Source: an uncultured Planctomycetia bacterium (GTDB lineage Bacteria > Omnitrophota > Gorgyraeia > Duberdicusellales > 4484-171). Taken from it: a stretch of DNA of 64,000 nt. The notes under the pieces are model-generated. The model had not been told where the DNA came from. It ran no database searches and saw only the letters and a list, made by a program, of their open reading frames with translations. The position numbers and the translations under genes are program-made. Below, in pieces: positions 36,913 through 45,501 of the stretch (the stretch's first letter is position 1; each line of letters begins with the position of its first letter). The DNA is taken from contig CAZVQU010000002.1 of the NCBI GenBank assembly GCA_964629655.1, forward strand, positions 162,814 through 226,813, in the 5' to 3' direction.

Positions 36913-37527
36913 TTAACCAACCGAAATACCGAGATTCTTTAAATCCACCAACAGCTGTTTAAAGCTAGTAAATTGCAGACACTGTAAGTAAAAGTCCTTG
37001 GCTTTTGTAATCAAATCTTCGCGGTCATCAATATAAATTATATCTTCAAAATCTACCCCGGCTGTATCTTTTAAGACCTGGTAGATTGCCTTTTCAGGCT
37101 TAACTGACTTAACTTTGAAAGAGAGAATCAACTGGTTAAAAAGGGAAAAAATTCCCCGGTGCTCTTTGAAAAGATGTTCAAAATGGAGCTCATTTATATT
37201 AGAAATAAGATACAAAGGATATCTTCCTTTGAGATATCTTACTAAGTCTATCACATCTTTTTTAGGTGAGAATATCTTACACCAAGCATCAACAAAACAA
37301 TCATAGCTTAAAGTCGCTTTGAAGGTATTTTTAAAGTAAGAATAAAACTCACTAGGGCTAAGTTCTCCTTTCTCAAAACTTGTTCCAAAGTCATTCTCAA
37401 ACAATTCTTTAATCACCTCTTCGATTGGCACACCAATCTTATCTTTGATCCTCTCTAAAGCAATATTATAGTCAAAATCAAAGAGTACTCTTCCTAAATC
37501 AAATGCAATTACTTTTTTGCTTTCCAT
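36913..37527 (-). CDS. HAD-superfamily phosphatase
   Basis: AFDLGRVL, LISN, KPEKAIY, YIDD. Confidence 0.88.
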   Translation of the reverse strand: MESKKVIAFDLGRVLFDFDYNIALERIKDKIGVPIEEVIKELFENDFGTSFEKGELSPSEFYSYFKNTFKATLSYDCFVDAWCKIFSPKKDVIDLVRYLKGRYPLYLISNINELHFEHLFKEHRGIFSLFNQLILSFKVKSVKPEKAIYQVLKDTAGVDFEDIIYIDDREDLITKAKDFYLQCLQFTSFKQLLVDLKNLGISVG

Positions 37528-38462
37528 AGACTTTTTCTCCCCAAAAAAGATTGAGCGCTCTTAGTGAGGCTTTCTCTGGCCTTAAAAGGTGTTTTAAACC
37601 CTAATGATCTTATTCTCTCTAAGCTATAAACTCTATCCTTAGAGAAGAAACCTATTTTTCTACCGATAAAAGGCAGCCTTATCACTACTGGCTTCAACCA
37701 AGCTGAAAGATTAGGCAGTGGCTTTACCTTTAGGGCTTTGGCGAAAGTATCAAATACCTCTCTTACCGTGAGGACCTCTTCATCACCAAGGAAAAAAGAA
37801 CCTTCCAAAGCCTCTTGCTTATCCAACAAAAAAATCATCGCCTCAGCAATATTCTTCACATAGCCAAGATGAAACTTAGCCTTTCCCTTATCAATTAGAG
37901 GAAAAAGCCTATACTTAGTAAGAAAAAGCAAAACTTTCAGCATGTGAGGCTCATCTTCTCCATAAACCATGGGAGGACGGACAATCACTATATTCAAACC
38001 CTTTTCTCTATAGTTAAGAATTACTTTTTCAGCCTCAATCTTAGACTCGCCATAGATATTAGTAGCTTTAAATGGTAGCTCTTCAGTAAGAGGTACTTGG
38101 TGATTTCCACTTACAACAGATACTGAACTAGTATAAACCATCTTTTTCACTCCTAAAGATAGGGCCAGTTCGCAGATGTTCTCGCTACCTAACACGTTGG
38201 TTCTATGAAGAAGGTTAGGATTTTTATTCTCTACATAGGCAGCATTATGAAATATAACGTCGATCTTATAATTGAGGAGTTTACTCAAAGAAGCCTTATC
38301 AGTAATGTCACCATAGATAAGTTTTGCTCCGTAAGGTTCTAAAGCTTTTGCTTTGGCCGGATTTCTTACAAAGCAAAAAAGAGCATGCCCGCCTTTATTA
38401 AAAAGGCCTTCCACTAAACTCTTGCCGATAAACCCAGTGGCTCCGGTTATAAGTATATTCAT
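37509..38462 (-). CDS. NAD-dependent epimerase/dehydratase (extended SDR)
   Basis: TGATGFIG, HNAA, YTSS, YGESK, RPPMVYG. Confidence 0.88.
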   Translation of the reverse strand: MNILITGATGFIGKSLVEGLFNKGGHALFCFVRNPAKAKALEPYGAKLIYGDITDKASLSKLLNYKIDVIFHNAAYVENKNPNLLHRTNVLGSENICELALSLGVKKMVYTSSVSVVSGNHQVPLTEELPFKATNIYGESKIEAEKVILNYREKGLNIVIVRPPMVYGEDEPHMLKVLLFLTKYRLFPLIDKGKAKFHLGYVKNIAEAMIFLLDKQEALEGSFFLGDEEVLTVREVFDTFAKALKVKPLPNLSAWLKPVVIRLPFIGRKIGFFSKDRVYSLERIRSLGFKTPFKARESLTKSAQSFLGRKSLWKAKK

Positions 38463-39439
38463 ACCTTCTCTTTGACCTTCTCAATCTCGCTGAGCCTCTC
38501 GGCTAAAATACCTTCTATTGTTCTTAAGTCTTCTTCACTAATCTTCCAGCCGACACTACCTAAGTTATCATATAGCTGAGCAAGCTTTCTGGTCCCGGCA
38601 ATAGCCGAGGCTATTCCCTTCTGGTTATAGTTCCAATTTAATACCAATTGAGCTAAAGTTTTCCCTTGACTGTCAGCTAAATTTTTTAGCTTAAGGAGAG
38701 TTGTTTTGTTTATTGAGAAGCAGGGTTCTTCTAATTCCTGCCTTTTCATCTTGCGATTAATATCACTGGGGACCTTTGCACCATCTAAGAAGAACTTTCC
38801 GGTTAATAAACCACTATATAAAGGAGCGTAGGTGACGATGCTAATAGAGTTCTCAAGGCAAAAGGGCACAATACTCTCTTCAATCCCCCGGTCAAACATG
38901 CTATAGGGAGGTTGTAAGCTATGGATCGGCGAATGCTTTTTAAACTCATCCATCTGGGCCACAGAGTAATTGCTGACTCCGATAGCTTTAATAACACCCT
39001 CTTGGTAAAACTTATGCATTATCTCAGCAACCTGCCCGATCGGCGTATCAGGATCGTGCCAATGTACTTGATAAAGATCAAAATAATCTGTCTTAAGGCG
39101 TCTACGCGAGGCATCAATTTCGTCAAACATCCTCTTTCTCGATAAATCATGGAAAATACTTCTCCCATCCCAGCGCAAGCCTAATTTTGTGGCTAAAATT
39201 ACTTTCTCTCTTATATTTTCCGTAGCAATAAATGTTCCGATAACCTCTTCGGAGTGCCCGCGTCCATAGATCGGAGCAGTATCAATAAAGTTAACTCCTC
39301 TAGCTATTGACTCTTCTAACACTGCCAGGGAATCCTTATCCTCTTGATGACCCCACCACTTATCATCGCCAAAAGCCCAAGTGCCTAAACAAATTGATGA
39401 AACCTCTAGTGAAGAACTTCCTAGTTTTCTATATTCCAT
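38459..39439 (-). CDS. Aldo/keto reductase
   Basis: LGTW, DTAPIYG, ATK, DLYQVHW, IGVSNY, YAPL.SGLLTGK. Confidence 0.92.
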   Translation of the reverse strand: MEYRKLGSSSLEVSSICLGTWAFGDDKWWGHQEDKDSLAVLEESIARGVNFIDTAPIYGRGHSEEVIGTFIATENIREKVILATKLGLRWDGRSIFHDLSRKRMFDEIDASRRRLKTDYFDLYQVHWHDPDTPIGQVAEIMHKFYQEGVIKAIGVSNYSVAQMDEFKKHSPIHSLQPPYSMFDRGIEESIVPFCLENSISIVTYAPLYSGLLTGKFFLDGAKVPSDINRKMKRQELEEPCFSINKTTLLKLKNLADSQGKTLAQLVLNWNYNQKGIASAIAGTRKLAQLYDNLGSVGWKISEEDLRTIEGILAERLSEIEKVKEKV

Positions 39440-39453
39440 ATATTCGACTCCCT

Positions 39454-40950
39454 TTAAAAATAAAGATCTCTCTGGCCACCCTTAATTCTCTGATAATATT
39501 CTATAACCTTAGGATAAGTCCTTGGCATAAGAGTTTTGATCTCTGCTAACTCCTTGCGAATAATTTCCTCACCATCTTTTCTAGTTTCGCCAGTAGCAAA
39601 ATCATCTAACCACTCCCTAAAGGTAAGCACAGCATTTAATTTGCAAAGTTTACCCTCCTCTCCGGTCCTTAAAAGTTCCATAATGCACTTGCCGGTTCTT
39701 CCGCAACGATAACCGGCAGTACAAAAAGAAGTGATATGGCCGGCATAAGAGAGTTCCCTTACTACCTCATCCAAGCTCCTGGTATCTCCTAAAAAGAATT
39801 GTTGCCTTTGACCTTCTTGTTCCCTATAGCGGTCACTATAGGCGCCGATACCAATACGTGTAGAGGCATCAGTCTGGGTACAGCCTAAAGGAATAGATTC
39901 TCTTCGCATCTGGGCATTTTCCCGGGCGGTAATAATCATTCCGGCATGAGGAACAGCTAATCTTATAATCGTAATCAGTTTTTTAAAATCCTGATCACTT
40001 ACTTTATAACGAGACTCTTGGGTAAAAGGTGTATTAGCTGCCGGCTCAAGACGCGGAAAAGAAATTGTATGTGGCCCAACACCAAATCTTGCTTCTAGTT
40101 CCCGTGAGTGCAGAAGAAGACTTAAAACTTCAGACTTCCAGTCATATAAACCAAAAAGAACGCCAATGCCAACATCGTCGATACCAGCTTCAAATGCCCG
40201 ATGCATACAATATAATCGCCACTGATAATCAGCTTTTAGAGTTCCTTTGGGATGAAGAGCCTGATAAGTATCGGGATGGTAGGTCTCTTGGAATACCTGA
40301 TAGGTTCCTATTCCGCTGTTTTTCAAAATTTTAAGGTCCTCAATAGATAAAGGCGCAGCATTGACATTAACTCTACGGATCTGACCATAGCCTCTCCTAG
40401 TCTTTGTTTTAACTCCATAGATTGTTTTTATGGTTGAGTTCATATAATCTATATCAGTCTGAGGATGTTCTCCGTAGACTACTACCAAGCGTTTATGTCC
40501 AATCTCACCAGCTAAAACCTCAGTCTCACTCTTGACCTCATTTAAACCAAGCATTCTCCTATGAACATTAAAATTATCTTTTCTAAACCCACAATAAAGA
40601 CAATTATTCACACAAAGATTACTCATATACAAAGGAGCAAAGGTAACTATTCTGTTATCATAAACCTTCTTCTTAACCTCTCCAGCAACCTCAGCCATTC
40701 TTGCCAGCGAATCTCTATCCTCAACACTTAATAATAGCGCTGTTTCTTCAAGCCCTAAGGTCTCAATAGCTAGAGACTTATCAAGAATATCTTTAATTTG
40801 TGCCTTAGATGGTTTAAAATTAACAGCTAAAGCTCTCTCGATTGCTTCTTGATCAATAAAAAGCCTACCCTTATCTAGGTATTTTTCTACCTGCTCTTCT
40901 TTAATCTGGCTCTTTACCCAAGAATCTGGTGAACTTGTCTTTGTAGACAT
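39454..40950 (-). CDS. hydG: [FeFe]-hydrogenase maturase HydG-like radical SAM tyrosine lyase
   Basis: FAPLY.SN.CVNNCLYCGF, FQETYH, IDDVGIG.LFGL, GPHTISFPR, C-terminal SFCTAGYRCGRTG...C..NA, GQRDLYF; 498 aa. Confidence 0.9.
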   Translation of the reverse strand: MSTKTSSPDSWVKSQIKEEQVEKYLDKGRLFIDQEAIERALAVNFKPSKAQIKDILDKSLAIETLGLEETALLLSVEDRDSLARMAEVAGEVKKKVYDNRIVTFAPLYMSNLCVNNCLYCGFRKDNFNVHRRMLGLNEVKSETEVLAGEIGHKRLVVVYGEHPQTDIDYMNSTIKTIYGVKTKTRRGYGQIRRVNVNAAPLSIEDLKILKNSGIGTYQVFQETYHPDTYQALHPKGTLKADYQWRLYCMHRAFEAGIDDVGIGVLFGLYDWKSEVLSLLLHSRELEARFGVGPHTISFPRLEPAANTPFTQESRYKVSDQDFKKLITIIRLAVPHAGMIITARENAQMRRESIPLGCTQTDASTRIGIGAYSDRYREQEGQRQQFFLGDTRSLDEVVRELSYAGHITSFCTAGYRCGRTGKCIMELLRTGEEGKLCKLNAVLTFREWLDDFATGETRKDGEEIIRKELAEIKTLMPRTYPKVIEYYQRIKGGQRDLYF

Positions 40951-40953
40951 ATT

Positions 40954-41607
40954 TTATCCTGCTTTGCCCTGTCTTCGTTTAGTAAGAAATATTAAACTCT
41001 CCAACTCAGAAGCCATATCAACATTAGACACTGATACGGCTTGAGGCACCTTTAGCACTATCGGTGCAAAATTTAAAATGCCCTTTATGCCTGAAGAAGC
41101 TAATTCATCAGCAACTCCTTGGGCAGCTTCCGGAGGCGTAGAGATTATTGCAACCTTGATGTTATTCTGCTTGACAATATCCTTTATCTCTTTTATGTGA
41201 TTAATCTTTACCCCTTTTCGGGCCTTACCTATCTTATCTTTGTCAATGTCAAAAGCAAAAGTTATTTTAATGTTGAATTTAGAGAATCCTTCGAAACCTA
41301 AGAGCGCCATACCTAACTTCCCTACGCCGACTATGGCAATCGCCCGCTCTTTGTTTATTCCTAATATATTTTCTATCTCTTCAGTTAACCTGACAACATT
41401 ATAACCAACTCCTCTCTTGCCAAACCCGCCAAAGAAGGAGAGATCTTTTCTAAATTGTGCCGGAGTAACATTAAGGAACTTTGTCAGTTTATTTGAAGAA
41501 ATAATATCTATGCCCTGCTCTTTCAATCTCTTTAAATTCCGCAAATAGAGGCTGAGACGCTTAATCGTCTCCAAAGAAAAGCCATTCTTGTTATTTCTTC
41601 TTTCCAT
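40954..41607 (-). CDS. rex: Redox-sensing transcriptional repressor Rex
   Basis: RLSLYLR, QFRKDLSFFG.FGKRGVGY, VGVGKLG.AL, GILNFAP. Confidence 0.95.
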   Translation of the reverse strand: MERRNNKNGFSLETIKRLSLYLRNLKRLKEQGIDIISSNKLTKFLNVTPAQFRKDLSFFGGFGKRGVGYNVVRLTEEIENILGINKERAIAIVGVGKLGMALLGFEGFSKFNIKITFAFDIDKDKIGKARKGVKINHIKEIKDIVKQNNIKVAIISTPPEAAQGVADELASSGIKGILNFAPIVLKVPQAVSVSNVDMASELESLIFLTKRRQGKAG

Positions 41608-41610
41608 AAC

Positions 41611-42918
41611 CTAATTAACCTCGCTTACACCTAAATCAGTAGGAGCCCGGCCTAAAGATTTAAGTAAAGCTATAGTCTGATCAATTTGCCTATCTATTAA
41701 CTCCTTATCATAAGCCCTATTAGGATAAATTTCATACAGTTTTCGATACTTAACTGGTGTAACGTTAAGCATCAAAGAATTAGCACCCGAAAGTAACCCC
41801 TGCTTGCGCGTAGCCGGCGCATAAGTTTCTAAGGCTGTGGTTACTAGAATTTTGGCTCGCTGGGGATCGATCAGGCGGGCCAAAGCTAAGGCCTTTAAAA
41901 CCAGCTCCTCTGTAGGGCTTTTGAGATCTCCCAAAGCTGTCTCAGGGTGTGGTAGAAATGGTCCAAAAGAGTACATTTCAGCGCTTAATTCTCTAGCCAG
42001 ATGAATATCATTTATAACATCCTGGTTAGTCTGTCCGGGTAGACCAACAAGCGCACCGGTCATGATTAAATAACCCAATAAGTGAGCCTTCCTGATATGC
42101 TCTAATCTGGTTTCCAGTTTCCTCCCGGGATGAAGCCGAGCATAGATATCTGGATTGGAACTCTCAAAACGCATAAGCAGGGCTCTGGCTCCGGCAAGAT
42201 AGAGCTCCTCTAAAGCCTCTAATCCTACTTCACCAAAACTGATACAAATTAATACCGGAACCTTTTCTTTAATTTTCTTTATGGTTATAGCTAGCTTCTC
42301 AACGCTATATCCGGGATCTTCTCCACTCTGTAAGAGGAGAGCCTGAAAACCATATTTCTCTACCGCTTCAACGGCAGTTTCGATAATCTCCTCCTGAGTC
42401 ATCCGGTAACGAGGCAGATCTTTATTGTGGGTTGATATCCCACAATAAGCACACTGCTGCTGACAATGATTTGAAATTTCAATTATTCCGTGGATACAGC
42501 AGGAATTTTTATGGTATTTTTGGCGTAAGAAATTTGCCGATTTATAAAGAAGCTGGCAAGACTGTTGATCGTCTAAGTCAAGCAAATACAATAATTCGTC
42601 TTTCTTTAAGGGAATATTCTCTAGGGCCTTATCTAAAATGAGATGTAGTTTCTTGTCGCTACCCTCTCCTGAGTCCAGCCGGGAGAGACGTAAATCAACA
42701 TCTTGAAGCTCGAAGAATAATTCCTGCCAGGCTGATAAGGTCTCTTTAGCTTCATCTTCTTTAACTTTTTTTATTACAAACCCGCCTTGAGCACAGATAT
42801 AGTCTCCAACGGCAATATCATAAAACTCATTAATTGCTCTTTTCTCTTCACCGAAGTAGTCTACTAAAACCTGTTTTCCCCAAATCTTTTTTACTTTTCC
42901 GGGAATCGCGTAACACAT
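41611..42918 (-). CDS. HypC-like domain fused to a HydE-like radical SAM enzyme
   Basis: aa 1-~70 MCYAIPGKV...VGDYICAQGGFVI..V.EDEA.ETL (HypC/HupF pattern); then IIEISNHCQQQCAYCGI, LQSGED, VGLPGQT, GPFLPHPET, TTAL, GANSLMLNVTP..YR.LYEIYP (HydE pattern). One uninterrupted ORF. Confidence 0.85.
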   Translation of the reverse strand: MCYAIPGKVKKIWGKQVLVDYFGEEKRAINEFYDIAVGDYICAQGGFVIKKVKEDEAKETLSAWQELFFELQDVDLRLSRLDSGEGSDKKLHLILDKALENIPLKKDELLYLLDLDDQQSCQLLYKSANFLRQKYHKNSCCIHGIIEISNHCQQQCAYCGISTHNKDLPRYRMTQEEIIETAVEAVEKYGFQALLLQSGEDPGYSVEKLAITIKKIKEKVPVLICISFGEVGLEALEELYLAGARALLMRFESSNPDIYARLHPGRKLETRLEHIRKAHLLGYLIMTGALVGLPGQTNQDVINDIHLARELSAEMYSFGPFLPHPETALGDLKSPTEELVLKALALARLIDPQRAKILVTTALETYAPATRKQGLLSGANSLMLNVTPVKYRKLYEIYPNRAYDKELIDRQIDQTIALLKSLGRAPTDLGVSEVN

Positions 42919-42956
42919 AATAAAACTTAAACCTATTAAAGTTAGTTGAATTATCC

Positions 42957-43199
42957 CTATTCACAATCAAAGGAAACAACTTCTATGCGCGTGCTGGGGA
43001 AAAAAATAATCTCTAAGCTAGCACCTTCAAGTATAGTCCCCTTAGCCAAAAGGTTAAAAGTCTCCCTAAACGACTCTTCTTTAACGCCGGTAAGCTCTCC
43101 GATCTTTAACCTTAACTTAGTTATATTCTTTGCCCCTTCTTCTTCGGCATGCTTAACTATGCCTTTAATTACTGGTTCTATTAAGTGAGTCTCATGCAT
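42957..43199 (-). CDS. hypA: Nickel metallochaperone HypA, short form without the zinc-finger domain
   Basis: MHE start, L.IGELTGV..E.F, GT..EGA.LEI, C-terminal IEVVSFDCE; no CxxC pairs. Confidence 0.82.
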   Translation of the reverse strand: MHETHLIEPVIKGIVKHAEEEGAKNITKLRLKIGELTGVKEESFRETFNLLAKGTILEGASLEIIFFPSTRIEVVSFDCE

Positions 43200-43653
43200 T
43201 GACTACCTCCAAAATATTTCCTGACACCTCATCTAATACCGCTTTAAGCTCCTCTGACATCTCTGAACCTAGTTCAATACTTTGAGGCTGAACCCCAAGC
43301 ATATAGATATTCGCCTCTGTCTCTTTGGTTAAATAATCCATAAACATTACCGGAGAGACATCGTGAGTAGTAAATCCACACCTTGCTATATCTTCTCCCT
43401 TTAAAATCTCGCATTCACCAGGATTCTTGCCTAGATGAACAGCATCAACAATTAAAACCGTATCGGGGTTTTCTTTGGCGATTTTACCCAGATAATTCTC
43501 AGGAGCAGTCCCGCCGTCTAAACAGATAACCTTAGCCTCATTCTTTATCTTTTCAACTAGTAAAGGTCCGAAGCCATCATCCCCGCGGATAATGTTTCCA
43601 ATACCAATAATAATAACCTTTCCCTTGATAATATCTTTCAAATTAGTTTGCAT
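43192..43653 (-). CDS. hycI: Hydrogenase maturation endopeptidase (HycI-like)
   Basis: GIGNIIRGDDGFG, GGTAPEN, LIVDA, TTHD, LGVQP. Confidence 0.9.
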   Translation of the reverse strand: MQTNLKDIIKGKVIIIGIGNIIRGDDGFGPLLVEKIKNEAKVICLDGGTAPENYLGKIAKENPDTVLIVDAVHLGKNPGECEILKGEDIARCGFTTHDVSPVMFMDYLTKETEANIYMLGVQPQSIELGSEMSEELKAVLDEVSGNILEVVNA

Positions 43654-43666
43654 TGTAATTACGCGG

Positions 43667-44272
43667 TCAGGTAGTTTCCCTTCTGCAGCTAGCGCAAAGA
43701 ATTTTTACTCGGTCGGAACGTCCTTGGTCAGCTAAGGCCGATATGATATTCTGATCTATAATGCCTAAGCGCTTGAGACGAGGAAGATATAGCGTTGGGC
43801 TGGAAAAACTAAGCTCTCCTATCCTTTTAACAATCCACTCTAGATGGTCACGGCAAGCAATAGCTTCGCCACAAATCTCACAGAGTTGCAACTCTTTCTC
43901 TATACGCTCGTCAGACTTACTGCGATCAAAAAAGGAAAGCTCCCAATCATTAGATAATTTAATACCCTGATTATCGGCAATACAGGCAGCCTCGCATTGA
44001 CCGCAGAATATACAGGTATCAGTATAGTGAATCATGACCCTTCGCGGATCACTCTTACCGTCAATAAGATCTAAACAATCAATCGCCTCTACCGGACAAA
44101 CCTCTTTACAAGCAGTACAGCCTACACACTTTTCCTCGTTAAACTTAGGCTGCCCTCTAAAATTAGGGTGAGGCTGGTGTGGCTGGATAGGAAACTTTGA
44201 AGTATAAGGCCCTTTTATAAGAGCTTTTATGGCTTCAATTAATTCTCTGATCTTTGGTAACCGTATTTGCAT
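43667..44272 (-). CDS. NuoI/MbhN/HycF-like 4Fe-4S subunit
   Basis: GPYT.KFP, FRG.P, CVGCTACKEVCP, CIFCGQCEAAC, plus CEIC and CASC. Confidence 0.88.
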   Translation of the reverse strand: MQIRLPKIRELIEAIKALIKGPYTSKFPIQPHQPHPNFRGQPKFNEEKCVGCTACKEVCPVEAIDCLDLIDGKSDPRRVMIHYTDTCIFCGQCEAACIADNQGIKLSNDWELSFFDRSKSDERIEKELQLCEICGEAIACRDHLEWIVKRIGELSFSSPTLYLPRLKRLGIIDQNIISALADQGRSDRVKILCASCRRETT

Positions 44273-44294
44273 CTTCTGACCTCAAACTCCTAAG

Positions 44295-44630
44295 CTAGAC
44301 TTCTCCCTCTTTATCTTCTAGATACTTATCGACAACGCTCTCTTTGCTAAGCTTCACCCCTGCCCTATGTGCACCTCTGGCTATAGCATGGGCAGCCACC
44401 GGAGAGGTTAATAACAAAAATATCATACATAAAAGTGCTTTCATTCCGGCAGCTGTAGGACCAACAACAATAAATGTCCCGAATAGAATACTGCAAGTGC
44501 CTAAAGTAACGCACTTTGTTGCAGCTTGGAGACGATTATATACATCAGGAAGACGTACCAGGCCTAAAACACCGAAAAGATTAAAAGCTAATCCTAAACC
44601 GATAAATGTCAAACCGATAATGCTACTCAT
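44295..44630 (-). CDS. Mrp antiporter subunit G-like (MnhG/MbhC)
   Basis: GLVRLPDVYNRLQAATK, LTSPVAAHAIARGA. Confidence 0.9.
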   Translation of the reverse strand: MSSIIGLTFIGLGLAFNLFGVLGLVRLPDVYNRLQAATKCVTLGTCSILFGTFIVVGPTAAGMKALLCMIFLLLTSPVAAHAIARGAHRAGVKLSKESVVDKYLEDKEGEV

Positions 44631-44991
44631 CGAACCCTCTTCCTTCTAAGTATTTAGAAAGCGCTAAAGTACTTATAAAACTCTGCAAGGCCCAGGCTAT
44701 TCCGATATCAATATACCAAGATCTCCCGGTAGAAATGGTCAGTATTGCGCACAAACCAGCAATCATAATACCCAAAATATCAATTGCCACTACACGGTCA
44801 GCACCAGTCGGCCCCTTGTAAATACGATAGAGACATAAAAAACAGGCTAGGATAAGTATGTAGCGGGCCCTTCCTACAAACCCGATGAAGGGAAGATCGG
44901 AACAAAAAAGAAAAGGAAGCGGCCGGATTATTATTAAACCTACGATCCCTCCCAAAACAATTGCGCCAATAAACCATTTAGTTCTTTTCAT
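44623..44991 (-). CDS. Mrp antiporter subunit F-like (MnhF/MbhB) with an extra N-terminal helix
   Basis: RIYKGPT.ADRVVAID, SFISTLALSKYLE; ATG 44991 has SD GAGG. Confidence 0.85.
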   Translation of the reverse strand: MKRTKWFIGAIVLGGIVGLIIIRPLPFLFCSDLPFIGFVGRARYILILACFLCLYRIYKGPTGADRVVAIDILGIMIAGLCAILTISTGRSWYIDIGIAWALQSFISTLALSKYLEGRGFDE

Positions 44992-45001
44992 CTTAACCTC
45001 T

Positions 45002-45499
45002 CTAGTCAAAAATCTTTTTTAGTATTTTTTCAAAGCGTTGGACAATAATTTTTGTAGCGCCTTCGGTATCTTTTGCTCTTACATTAATCCAGTGTATATA
45101 TAAAACACCACTATCCTTATCTATATCCACACTCATAGTGCCGGGGGTCAAGGTTATAGAATTAGCTAAAAAAGTAAGAGCAGTATCGCTCTTTAGGCTT
45201 GTCTTCACTTTAACAATTCCCGGTTTTATCGGTAAATCAGGATGCAATACGCGATAAGCAACATCAACATTTGCTTTAATAAGCTCCCATAAAAATACCG
45301 GTAAATAATGGGCAACGAAATACCAGTACCGCCAAGGATGCTTTAAGACATGCGGACGGGTAAGGAATAAATCTCCGGTTAGAATAGCTACAAAAGCTGC
45401 CACAAAAATTCCAGTTATAAGGTGCTGGGAATCGGGAACCCAGCTTAAAAGACACCAGCCTAAAAATGCTACCAGAAAAAGTATTATCCTACTTTTCAT
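45002..45499 (-). CDS. Mrp antiporter subunit E-like (MnhE/MbhA)
   Basis: ANVDVAYRVL.P, PGIV, LANSITLTPGT, LYIHWI. Confidence 0.92.
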   Translation of the reverse strand: MKSRIILFLVAFLGWCLLSWVPDSQHLITGIFVAAFVAILTGDLFLTRPHVLKHPWRYWYFVAHYLPVFLWELIKANVDVAYRVLHPDLPIKPGIVKVKTSLKSDTALTFLANSITLTPGTMSVDIDKDSGVLYIHWINVRAKDTEGATKIIVQRFEKILKKIFD

Positions 45500-45501
45500 T
45501 T

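Noticed and set aside
39454-40950. ThiH rather than HydG
   Set aside because: The 498-aa length, the GPHTIS histidine and the C-terminal Cys-containing extension are HydG features, and no thi genes are nearby.
41611-42700. Biotin synthase BioB or PylB
   Set aside because: No bio or pyl genes are nearby, and the C-terminal GAN..M.N.TP..YR..Y.IY pattern and adjacency to hydG favour HydE-like. PylB-like affinity cannot be fully excluded without a tree.
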